Positions 52,339-63,900 of a stretch of DNA of 64,000 bases are shown here, one piece after another. The stretch covers positions 11,222,001-11,286,000 of the forward strand of contig NW_026889751.1 in NCBI RefSeq assembly GCF_033153115.1, read 5' to 3'. Position 1 is the stretch's first letter. Each line of letters starts with the position of its first letter. The notes beneath the pieces were generated by a model. That model was given only the letters and a program-made list of their open reading frames with translations, made no database searches and was not told the origin of the DNA. The stretch comes from Saccostrea echinata. Taxonomy: Eukaryota. A program made the translations under genes and the position numbers.

Positions 52339-52634
52339 TTAAATGGTGAAAATACATGGTTTGGCCTAATAAAATGTATTCTCTTTAAATGAAATACTAT
52401 AGTAATACACTGTATATTTTTCCTTTTTTTATTTTTAGATCTTAAAGCACATCATTTTAATTTCATAAAAGTTTCATGGAATTTGAACTTCTTAGTGTAC
52501 AGTGTGAAATATGGAGATAACGAACAGTAATCAAGCTTAAAAGTCTATTTAGGAAACAATACAAATCGGGAGCAGAGCAAACACGGGCCTCTAAAATACA
52601 TCGGAGGTGGGGTCAGTGTAAAGAAGGTCCTTAA

Positions 52635-52858
52635 GGTTCACTGATACTCTGGTAAGAGAGATAACTCTTTCTTACATAAATGCCTATTATTCCTTTATAT
52701 ATTTGTCAAGTTGAAATACAATGTATCTCATTTGTTTAATTTTTCCCCGCAAGCTATGATAGAATTGTTTGTATTTTACTTATAAAGTAGATTTTTTTTT
52801 GGAAAATCATTAAAGTTAAAGCTACATTTTGTTTGAGTGAGCAGATGGTTTATGAACC
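52635..52858. mobile_element. TTAA MITE, copy 2
   Basis: TTAA|GGTTCA...TGAACC|TTAA, same orientation as copy 1 and clearly diverged from it. Confidence 0.75.
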
Positions 52859-53625
52859 TTAATAAGATGTGTCCACGCCGAGGTCGCGTTAGGCAATCCA
52901 AAATAACTTCTACGTTTTACCTGAGGAAATATTTTGAAATCTTTGTGGGAGAAACGATAATTAAACCAAATTAAATACTAATTTAATCAGTCACCTCTGA
53001 TTCACTTGATGCATGTAATGCGTATTTTATAAGGGTTAATGTTACTCATTCAAGAAATTAACAACATTGTAAATGAATTTACTAGCTGTGTTTCCAAAAT
53101 TTTGTCTATGACTCCAACATATATTTATTTTTAGTCCTTTTTTGTTAAAAATATACCTTCATATATATGATATATTTTCAGAAACCTAGATCCTTAAAAA
53201 GAGATTTAGGGCGTTTCTTACCGCAGTTGTAAATCAAAGACATGAACATTTAACACAGTGTTGCATGTTTTGATCTTAAAATTGTTTGCATTCCATAAAG
53301 GATCAATGACCTAATAGTGCCCGTGAACATGTAAGGTGTAAGCAATATAGAAATAATTATACATTTTCCTGATGATACGTAGTTTTCTTTCAGGTTCTGC
53401 TTGAGAAAATTGAATTTATCGACGTCTTATTTCAATTGGCAAGAAACAATACCAATACAATTACATTACAAAGTTAATTAGAAATGTAATAAAAAGAAGT
53501 AATTATCTATCTAATAAATGAGCTTTTCTGGATGGCACGGACATGAACATGTGCCATATTTTCCATTAACGGAAGCTTGAAGTTTGGCTAATGTAGTAGA
53601 AATTATATTGCTGTTGATGTTAAAC

Positions 53626-55675
53626 ATGTCTAGTAGTAGGTCGAGAAAACCACCCGCATATACTGTGAAAAATACTAGACGATATAAAACAATGACGAAT
53701 AGGCCTGCAAACAAAGTGAACGTATTTCCTGCAAAGTCGAATCTGGCCCAGCCGAACATTCTGAAGAAAACTGTGTCGCTTCTTACGATGGAGAAGGATT
53801 TGAATCTTGACGAATACACTGATGCTCGCATGTTGTTTAATGCTATACGTAAAGGACAAATTCGACTGGTGAAATTCATCCTGGTCGCGGCACCAAGAGA
53901 AGTAGTCAATGCTTTGGATCTGAAGGGCAAGACGCCATTGATGATTTCATGCTTTTTAAAGGTAACGATACATTACACTACATAATTTTTGCATGTTCAA
54001 TGAAGGCATGAAAATATGGATCAAATATCCAGATATCCTATTTTTTTTTACTTATTACATCACTTACACGTACCATGCTACTTTGATTCGGGACAACTGT
54101 CAAACGCACTACATGAAAGAACCGACCATAACCTTATATTCATTTATAATGACATAGTGGATGTGTTCATATAATTGATGGAAACAGCCACTTTATACTA
54201 AATGAAGAATATCGTTTAATCTTTATAGGAAGAGATGTCTCGTGACATGATAGTTGAGCTTTTACTGCAACATGGCGCCGAGGTTAATACTGTATCGGAA
54301 TCGGGAAGAACTGCTTTAAGCTACGCTTGTGAATACCGCTGTAATGACATCGTGGATATCCTCGTGAAGCACGCCTCTGTCGATCCAGATATTCCTGATA
54401 ATGACGGTAAAACATTATTAATTTTATTATGTAAAATATTTGATTACAATACACCATTTTATAAAGTTATAGTTGACATGCAGTGATTTAAAAAAAATAT
54501 TAAAATTTTTATTTTAATTTTAAATCAGATTTTTCCCAAGAACTTTTTTGCATTTACAGTAGCTGCAGAACTGTAGCGTTGTGGTTTTATATATTAGTCT
54601 TGGTCAAAGACTAAAATATAAAACAATAACGCTACAGTTCTACAGCTACATCGATCTACAAATGCAATTATCTTCCAAGCTTTTGATTTTTTTAGTGATG
54701 ATTTAGAAATGTATTCTTTTTTTTCATTATTTTAATGTATTTTTCCCAAATATTATAAACTTCTTAATTTTAAAAGTAATTAAATAAAGTCTATATGTAA
54801 AGTTTATTATTTGCATGCACTTTGATTTTTTTTTCTTCAGGAAACATATAAAACTTCTTTGAATTTGACTTTGTCGCCTATTCATAGCTCTTAGATTATT
54901 CATTATAAATTATACTACTTGTTGTTTTATTTTAAATTTTGAAGAACTGTGTTATTAATTGGTGGTGCTAATACTATTTGTAGGAAATACCCCGCTGATT
55001 TACTGTGCCAAAGTAGGAAATGACGTGGGGATTGATATACTAACACGTCACTTCCGGCGTCTCGGTTTAGGCGTAGACCATTCCAATAAAATGGGTTTTA
55101 CTGCTATTCTAATGGCAGCAAAAGAATGCAACATAGCTTGTGTGAAAATCCTTGCTAACCAAGGACATGCATCTCTCCTCCATCGCGATAAAACAAAGAA
55201 TTTCTCTGTTAATGACTGGCTTGCTTATCACGGATACACAAAAAATGAAATCATGCAGATTTTGCCCTCTGTAAGAAAAGCCAGACGAAAATTTATAGAT
55301 GCAATCAACATTGCTAGGATGCTGCCCAGCATCAAGTGGAACAAAGAGAAGAAAACCTTGCTGGACCGACCACCCTCAATGGTGTCCTCCATTACAGTGC
55401 CGCTTACCGTCACCGATTTTGATATTCCACCGAGAAAAAAGAAGCCTGTGACACGGCATAGATCTCTGGATGGAACCAGTCGAGAGAGGTTCCTAATCAA
55501 AAGACTGCACTCCTTACAGCTGCCAAAAATTTACAGAGGAATGTACGACTCGCCGTATTACGAAAGCGAGGAAGACGAAGGTAAAAGAAGCCATTATCGG
55601 CCTCACTTTGAAAAATGCCGCCAACGCACTTTCGAAGAATATTTATCGTTAAATTCATCTTCCGACGATGACTGA
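53626..55675 (+). CDS. Ankyrin repeat protein, ANKRD63/ANKRD34-like, ~401 aa; exons 53626-53961, 54229-54406, 54984-55675
   Basis: Ankyrin repeats (GKTPLMISC, GRTALSYAC, GNTPLIYCA, GFTAILMAA) and the ANKRD63-typical FRRLGL motif. GT-AG junctions; 1206 nt in frame. Confidence 0.85.
54559..54649. repeat. 91-bp imperfect hairpin in intron 2 of the ankyrin gene
   Basis: GTAGCTGCAGAACTGTAGCGTT...TTAGTCTT pairs with AAGACTAA...AACGCTACAGTTCTACAGCTAC. Confidence 0.75.
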
Positions 55676-56052
55676 ATAAAGCAGGTCGAGTATTCCTTGA
55701 AAATAAACAAATAGCACAACAGAAACATCATTGTGATGTCCATTCAAGTATTTTATGTGCACTTACAGATGTAACAATAACGAAATCAAACGAACAATCT
55801 CAATTTTAGAAAATATTCAAGCACTTGAATACAATTTTCAACATGCCATGGTATTCAGGAACATTATACTCGAAGTTGCACAACAGATGCATGGATTTCC
55901 ACCAAGACAAAAAAATTGCGTTTGTCACGTTTATAGACTCCACTATTTCTTAGCCATTGTCGTGTTCTCGTGATCCTAATGTTTAGTGTTTTTTGTAATA
56001 AAAATAATTTCCCCAATTTAAAATATCATATGTATTTTGACACAATATGTCT

Positions 56053-57701
56053 TCAAAGAGCAGTACTTGTCGGTAGACCAAATGATGGCCCTGAAAAAAA
56101 GAAAAATTGTAATTAAAACATTTTTAGATTTGCATAAAAAACTGCTTAAACTGCAAACTACACCTTTATCTAAGGATTTTCAGTCCGCTAGTCTTTGAGG
56201 AGTGTATCTGACCAAAAATCCTAGGCTTAATTGCGAACATGTGCGAACGACAATTATAATGAGACTTTTGGTACCTGCTGCTGGAGTGTAGATGACCTCA
56301 TCTCGTATAAACTGACTTGTACTTGTCACTGTGTCGTCATCAGCACTCAAATCTGAACGAAGAAGAAAAACATATCAGTAGCAGTATCATCAACATACAA
56401 AAAAAGATATCAGTAACAATATCAGTAACATACCAAAAAGATATCAGTAACAGTATCATCAACATACCAAAATCATGTCAGTAACAGTATCATCAACATA
56501 CCAAAAAAACATATCAGTAACAATATCAGTAACATACCAAAATCATATCAGTAACAGTATCATCAACATACCAAAATCATATCAGTAACAGTATCATCAA
56601 CATACCAAAAAACATATCAGTAACAATATCATCAACATACCAAAAAACATATCAGTAACAATATCATCAACATACCAACCAGCACATTTAACCTGAATCG
56701 GTTGCTTATTAATTTTACCAAGTTTAATCGCTGTATCTATCCCCCCCCCACCCCCACCCCTCTGCTATTTCCAAAGACATGCGTGATCCCGTGTAATCTT
56801 TTCTACAAGACTCAACATAATAATTACCTTCTTCGTTGATGGCCCGTAATAACACTTTATACCAGTCGGTTTCGGTATTACGGGCATCGATACAAACGAT
56901 GTCGTCCAGTGCAATGGGCAATCCGCAGTCTGATATGATGATTGGTATAGCCTTTAAATGTTTGAATTTCTTTTCATAGTACCGTTTCCACTCATTCAGC
57001 AAAAAGTTTTTGGATAAGACAAGCACCACTTTTACAGATTTTTTAATGGCAGTGTCAATGGATTCATTGATAGACGTTCCTGGTTTGAAATCCCGAGCGG
57101 GATAACAGCAAATAATGTTATTATGTGGGCTTTCTAGACGTTCTACAATATTAGTCACCCATTGTGTATCCGACGAGGTGTGGGCAAAATAGGCGTGGAA
57201 CTTCTTACGTGGGGGAAGCCGAGGGGCATTTCCTCGGACCTGTTCGTAAAACATATTCCACCAAGTTTCTTTGGCGGTCGTTGCATTAACATACCTGTAG
57301 TACTTCAGGAATGGTGGAATGTCACAAGGTTCAATTAACACAGGGATAAAAACTAATTCATCTAGTTTTCCAAGTGAAATTATCTCCATTTCTAACTGTG
57401 ACCATTCGTTCTTTATATAAGCAGACGATAAAACAGTAACGATTCTCAGGCATTTGGTCAGTATGTGTTTGATATTGTAGGATAGGGACCTCCCTGCGTC
57501 TAGATCCCGGGGGAACACGCAGCATTTGAATCCACGACTCTCCAACTCTCTTGTCACCGCTTTCACCCAGTTATAATCTGGATTTTCGCCATGAAAACTA
57601 AAATACGCGTGGTATTCTTTTCCTACCGGCAGAGGCGGGGCCTCACTTGGGGTGTTGCACCTCGGCATCGCCATGGCGCGCTGACGTTCTAAACTTTCCA
57701 T
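56053..57701 (-). CDS. Tandem TIR-TIR domain protein, ~329 aa; exons 57701-56828, 56352-56275, 56090-56053
   Basis: Two TIR repeats, each preceded by APxLPxxKx(Y/F)HAYF, with box 2 RDLDAG / RDFKPG and VLSxx(Y/F)xxNEW. Donors G|GTAATT and G|GTACCA and acceptors with long pyrimidine tracts give 990 nt in frame. An acceptor (TTACAG) just before ATG 57701 suggests an upstream exon. Confidence 0.82.
56370..56676. repeat. Minisatellite, ~29-32-bp unit, about 10 copies, in an intron of the TIR gene
   Basis: Tandem CATATCAGTAACAGTATCATCAACATACCAAAA variants. Confidence 0.92.
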
Positions 57702-58940
57702 GGTGACCCTGTAATGAGAATTGAACCTTTTACATGCCTGTGGATATTTGAAATCAAAAGATGAGACGAGTTTACGTTTTCGTATAGAAGTCATTTTGCT
57801 TAAATGACAAAGTCGAACATGTCTAATCGTAAAACATACTTAGATAAGTACAAAAGATTCCTATGAAGAGTATCTCTGCATCTTTTAAATGGCGGCTGGT
57901 ACGTTACGAGAAGGCCGGAATGTGCCCGCAACTTTAACTAAGAAACAGACAAGTCTTGGTTTGGCATGGGAAGTAATTTATAAAAGTTGTAAAGGTTTTA
58001 GTTCAGCATTGAATAGATTTTACACACCGGTAATGTAATACTCGATTATAAATCATATCAATAGCTGCATAGAATTCTGGATCAATATCTTTAAATGCAA
58101 TATGTTTAAAGCATTTTTGGGTCGTGAAGTCCTATTTGGAGAGTTAATTAAAAAAAATGTCAGTGCGCATTTAGATTAGCGCTTTCAAGAAAATAAGAAT
58201 CTTTCTCAATGCTTGATGAAGAAAAGAATTTTAGCTCAAATAGTACAAACTTTCCAAAAACTAGATACTGTGTGCTTTTTTTAAAAAAGATATCACCAGT
58301 TTAATGTGCATGTAAACAGGGTGTGTACATTTCAAGGAGCTGAATACCGTGGTATTCAAATTAAAGTGTCTGCATTTTTTCAATTAAATGTGATTTTGGA
58401 GACAACAAACCATCCCACATCGTCCTCTGCACTGAATGTCTTTTAAAAATAATATCATTCATTTTTACATTGAAAGTGATCAAAAGGAAGAACTTACGGG
58501 GTGTGGCTGTAGTTAATATCCATTCCTTAGTACAACCATTCTCGTCCGCAACTTTGCAAAACATAAACAAAAACCGTTCACCTCGGAGCATCGGATTGAA
58601 TTTTAATTGGGTGATTAAAGATTTTAATGACATATTTTTTTTTTACATGAACCAACAAACGCGGAATGAATTCTTGTCATTTAAATACTGGTAATATGAT
58701 TAACTTGAAAGAACAATGCTTGGAGAACTAGATTTGAAGGCAAACCTCAGGGTACCTGCCAAAGTCAGAATTATATACAGACGACTGAATTTTGATTTAC
58801 ACTGGTATTGTGCCAGATAGGTGTTTAATGGTACATATATACCTTTAATATCTTTTGAATCCTTCAATACTCCAACATTGCGCTTATGATCAAACGTGGA
58901 TACTGCATAAAATGAAATTATTTGAGATTAAAGGAATACC

Positions 58941-60108
58941 TACGAAAGCCCATTGAGCTCATTTTCGTAGATAAAAAAAGTATATTTTTCGCGTTATAAC
59001 GCGAAACTTTCGCGAATAAACGCGAAACTTTCGTGTTATAACGCGTAACTTTCGCGAATAAACGCGTAACTTTTGCGAATAAACGCGAAACTTTCGCGAA
59101 TAAACGCGTAACTTTCGCGAATAAACGCGAAACTTTCGCGTTATAACGCGAAACTTTCCCTGTAAAACAGAGACATTTGCATAAGTCTACAGTTTGTTTT
59201 ACTTTTTAATGATCTAGTTTATTCATTTCAGTGAAAAACGAAAGACTATTTTGAACTTGGATTATTACGAGCTGAAATTTTATGTTTTCTCGCCATTGAA
59301 TGTGTCTTTCCTCTTTCTAAATCTTTTTTGCCGTCACATTTTGTCTTTCTCAATGCTGTTCAATACAAGTGTTGAAGCGTATAGTAGAGGAGCGAAAATA
59401 CAAGTCTAATTTTAATTAGATTGAACATTCTATGTAGAATTTAAAATAAAAGATCTCAGAAAATTGACAACAATGAGGTAAATTTGTATTTCACGGAACA
59501 ATTGTGTCACATCACATGAGTAACCTAATGTGAAAATTGGATGATAAATATTCGTATCAAATATTTCATCTCCGATAGACTCACTGAAGAAATACAACAT
59601 TGTATTTTAAGGTTGCACCATTTGGTCATACCATTACTTACTAAAACATTGACAATTTATTCAAAGAAAGCAACGAGTGGAGATCTTCCTGAGAAAAAAA
59701 ATTAGTCTACAGAATTTCTTGGATTCAACAAGTGAAAAACAAGAAAATCTTTAAAGAAATATTCATTTAATTAATTAGTAGGGTTTTGAGATTAAATGCA
59801 AAATCAACACTAATCTATCAATTTCTCGCATCAATTCTCTTTTACATCTTCTGAAGAAATGTCATTTATAAATTCATAGAAGTCCCCCTCTGCGTTCATG
59901 TTTTTTATCTGTCAGTCAAGAACACAGGTTCCTGAGTAACATGACTATATATGTATAATTTCGCGTTATAACGCGAAAGTAACGCGTTATAACGCGAAAG
60001 TTTCGCGTTTATTCGCGAAAGTTTCGCGTTATAACGCGAAAGTTTCGCGTTATAACGCGAAAAATATATTTTTTTTATCTACGAAAATGAGCTCAATGGG
60101 CTTTCGTA
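58941..60108. mobile_element. IS3EU-like non-autonomous DNA transposon with subterminal 21-bp palindromic arrays
   Basis: TIR TACGAAAGCCCATTGAGCTCATTTTCGTAGATAAAAAAA at both ends. A 6-bp TSD AATACC lies at 58935-58940 and 60109-60114. Arrays of TTCGCGTTATAACGCGAAACT occupy 58988-59159 and 59960-60061. Confidence 0.85.
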
Positions 60109-60742
60109 AATACCAAATAGTTATACAGTAGATGTTTCATTTTTTTATTTTTCTTATTTTTAATCTTTTTTAAAGAAAAAAATAAACACAAGCATCACTA
60201 TTCAATATTCTGTTGAGCCCTCTGTCAGAAATTTTATGTGTTTTACAATTACAATAAATGGATTGATTATCTGTTCTTTAAATATTACTTACAATGAACG
60301 ATTAAATGCTTATCAAAATGATAATCAAAGATGTCTAATCAAACATTTAAATCAAATTAAAGATCTTTTAGACAATTCAAAGATCGGACAGAAAACGGAA
60401 ATTCTTATTTATTGCAAGGATCGAATACAGGATTTTATTAAATATATATTGTAATGTGACAAACAAAACTTTGGACCCCACCCACCCACCCAACCCAGTT
60501 TGTTTCCCATGAGAAGTGACCACTCCCTTCCCCCATATTCTTCGCTCTTTTGAGTGGGAACGGACACCCAATCCCTTAGAAAAAAAATCCTGGATCTACC
60601 CTAGGATTTGTATACATCAAAATTACACTTATAGCATATGACTGATAAGACACATCTTGGGGTTATGGAGTCTTCACACACAAAAAATGCATATACTGTA
60701 ATTCAAGAAAACTGTCAATGTATTCTACGATAACAGTAATTA

Positions 60743-60916
60743 CAGTGAAACTTGTCTAATCCAGATGTTGTGTATACCAAAATCTTGCCTAATACGATGT
60801 GAACCTAATATCCTTTTCAGTAATTTCAATTGTTTAAAATGTTGCTTTATCCGGAATGTTGTCTAATCCGGCCAATTTCTTTGGAACCAGTCGAGGCCGG
60901 ATTAAACAAGTTTTAC
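60743..60916. mobile_element. Tc1/pogo-type MITE with a clipped right end
   Basis: TA|CAGTGAAACTTGTCTAATCC ... GGATTAAACAAGTTTTAC. The terminal TG|TA is missing where the LINE relic begins. Confidence 0.6.
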
Positions 60917-60919
60917 CTA

Positions 60920-63900
60920 AAACAGCTTTGTATGTCTTTGCTGCTAGACCGTCGAGTCATCAGCCAGGTCCGTTCCTTTCTAAACGTTTTAAATCCCCTA
61001 TCGCGGAACGTTCTGGGATGGTGGGACAGCAGAAGGTGATCAGTCTTCCATCCCCCACGGCCAGGCTTCCAGCTTATGTCCTCTCTTCACATCCACAACC
61101 AGCCTCTCGGTTGCCACTACCATGGTGCTAACAGCCCTCTTCCTCGTCCTTCCATTCATTCTTAGCAATGTCATCATCCTCCAACATGAACGCTACTGGG
61201 AAACCATGTGCCCCCATTTCGAGCGGAAAGTTCCGCGTCTTCCATCCTGTTTTCCTGCGTTTAGTCACTAGATTGCCATACTTTAATTTGCATGTTTACG
61301 TTCATGGACCTCCTGACATCGAGTCTCCCATGGTACTTACAGCTCATTCACCACCAGTTTCTTCATACTTTTAGAAATTAGTATGATGTCTGGTCGCTGG
61401 GTGATCTCTACTATGGATGGGAATAATTGTCGACTCGCAGCTCCTAGTCTCTAGCCATGCTCAGTTTGCCATCTCAGCATTATGTGGGCTTCCCCACCGT
61501 TTGCTCCCCACCTCTGACGCAATTGATGAAGCGTAGCTGATTCAATTCTCTCTCTCTCTCTCTCTTGTATGTGGGCGAATGCTCTAAGCACGTCATACTT
61601 CCACCTATACCTCCACTGGGTAAGGGCAACCTGTCAAGATGACAATATATGTTGAAGGTTGGTGGGTTTCTGGCATAGATGGCGCATTGGATCTTCTGTC
61701 ATTCTCCAGAACCTCATTTGTTGGTGTTGGCAGTACATCATTCACCGCTCTTAACAGGATACATATAACACTCTATGTCAACACAAACACACAGTCTCTC
61801 TCTTCGGTTTTATATCTAGTCCGGTTTCCCTGCGGTACCCCCATCTATTGGCGGAGATATCGACTGGCTTTCCTCTCAATGCCATCAAATTGTTGCAAAA
61901 CAGTCTGATAGGTGCCCATAGTCAAATATCCATTGCATTTTCCAGGCAAGCCTGTCTTGTCAATGTTAACTAATAACTCTGTTGTCTCCTGTTCTAGCCG
62001 TCTGCTATTCTTGACGTCCTTCAATGTATCATCATACCTAGGCATTTGATTGGATGATATCTGTTCGCCATGGATTTTCTTCATGAATATTTGGGTAATC
62101 TATCCTTTCTTTACCACCAGACATTTTAATTTTTGCTTGCTTGAACTTCATTCGGTCCATATAGCTGTTTCCTCCATGGCTCTCAGTCCCATTTTGCCTG
62201 CAAATGTGTTGTCGTGGTGATGGTTAAATCGTATTGTATTCTTTGCTCGGTAACTGCCAGATGTCTGCTTTGGTCTTTGGTCCTCTGTTTCTCTTCTTCC
62301 CTCCCTTTATCAAAAGATTCATTCAGAGCTACAGATTTAGTACATCCTGTTACTATGCCTTTCTCGAGTCACTGCCACGATGTTGGTGTAGTCTCTCACT
62401 CTGAATCTGAGATGATTTCTCAAGGTAATCTTTCAAGATTGTAGCAATTTTTTCTGGTATATGGTAATGCTGCAGAGCTGTTCAATGGGTTTATGAGGAA
62501 CTGAACCATAGGCGTTCGCCAAATCCAACCATGACAACTGTGAGGTCCCCTTTAGTCTCTTTTTTTACTTCCTTGATCAGTTATGAGATGCCACTGGTGT
62601 GATCTGGGCATCCTGGGAACCCTGGTATGCCCCCTTTCTGCACTGATATATCCAAGTATCCGTTTTCCACTATATAGGACATCATCATTCTCGCAAGTAC
62701 TGCAGAGAAAATCTTGCCTTCCACGTCATATAGTCCTGTTTGATCTCTGCTGAGCTATCCTCCTTTGATACAAAGCAGCGTTCTGCTACTTGCCAGTACG
62801 GTGGTATGTGTCCTTTCCTCCGAATGTCTTTCTTTAGTCTCCATAGCCTATTCAGAAGTTTGGAACACTTCTTGATGACCTTGTGTGTCACACCATTTGG
62901 TCCTGGAGCTGATCCAACCCGTGCTTTTCCCACCATTTTCTCTAACTTATTTCTGTGTTTCTTTAATTGATGTCTATAGAGGTTTTTGTGGTTATGCTAC
63001 AGCCTCTTTATTCTGTCATGTTCACCAAGTGGTTCCTCTATGGTCTCATCCGAGTGTCTTTCTTTTAAGTATGCTTCAACCTCCTATGTTTTTAAACTTT
63101 CCAAATCCCTTCCCCTCAAGCACACTTGGCGCGAAGTTGTATGGATTCCTGATGAAAGCTGATATCTTGTGTTCCGAATTCTCCTTAGTTCCTTTGGTTT
63201 CTTCCTGAGGTCATTTCTGAGTTGACTAAACCCATCTCTTTATTCATTTCTGCTTCGCCTGTATCTATTTGCAAGTGTTCGGATTTTTATTTCTATTTGG
63301 ATGGAGAACTCTTCTCTCTTGTTGTTTCACTTCCACTCCGAATCTTTCCTGCGCTATGATGTATATCATTCTTTAAATGCTTTCTAATTTCTTCTTCACT
63401 ACAGGTGCGCATCTAGGATTTTTTTCCGGGAATGGGGTGGAGGTGGCGGGTGGAGGTGGTTCCACATCAACTCTAACAAATGTCAGACTTAGAAGTTGTT
63501 GATAAAACAAAAAAGTAAACAACTTGCTCAAATATTAACCCGAAAAAACTATTTTGTGTGTGTGTGTGTGTGTGTGTGATGTTCACAGTTTCTTCAGTCA
63601 ATCTTCTTCAGATACATGACTCTCCTTTCCATTTTAAGAGGGATCCGTGTTTCCGGGGGGCAAGGTTATTTTTTTCGTTATTTTACGTAAAAATTTAATA
63701 ACTATTAAAAATTTCAGGGGGTCCGGATCCCTCCCCCCACCGACCCCCTTCCTCTTGATCCGCGCATACTCTGGTCTTACATTTCAAGAAGTATGTTCAT
63801 GTCCTCTTCAAACTTCTCCCATTCACTGCTTATCATTTGTAATCACTTAATTTACTCCTTCGTATCGTCTGGAAGGTTCTCTTGGTTAACTATTGAGTTG

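Noticed and set aside
56370-56676. CRISPR-like array
   Set aside because: Units are head-to-tail with no unique spacers, there are no cas genes, and the context is a eukaryotic intron.
28974-57701. KY-like, M28B, ankyrin and TIR genes as one functional cluster
   Set aside because: No shared regulatory motif, duplication or known pathway link; adjacency in an animal genome is not evidence of a system.
56724-57794. ORF-track termini of the TIR protein (MTSIRK... start; ...GWGWGGDRYSD end)
   Set aside because: A good acceptor precedes ATG 57701 and a good donor lies at 56827, so both ORF extremities are probably intronic read-through.
58988-60061. CRISPR or iteron-like palindromic 21-bp repeats
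   Set aside because: They are subterminal arrays inside a TIR- and TSD-bounded transposon and have no spacers.
61639-63208. Plus-strand ORFs over the LINE relic
   Set aside because: Antisense shadows of the decayed minus-strand RT sequence with no independent coding signal.
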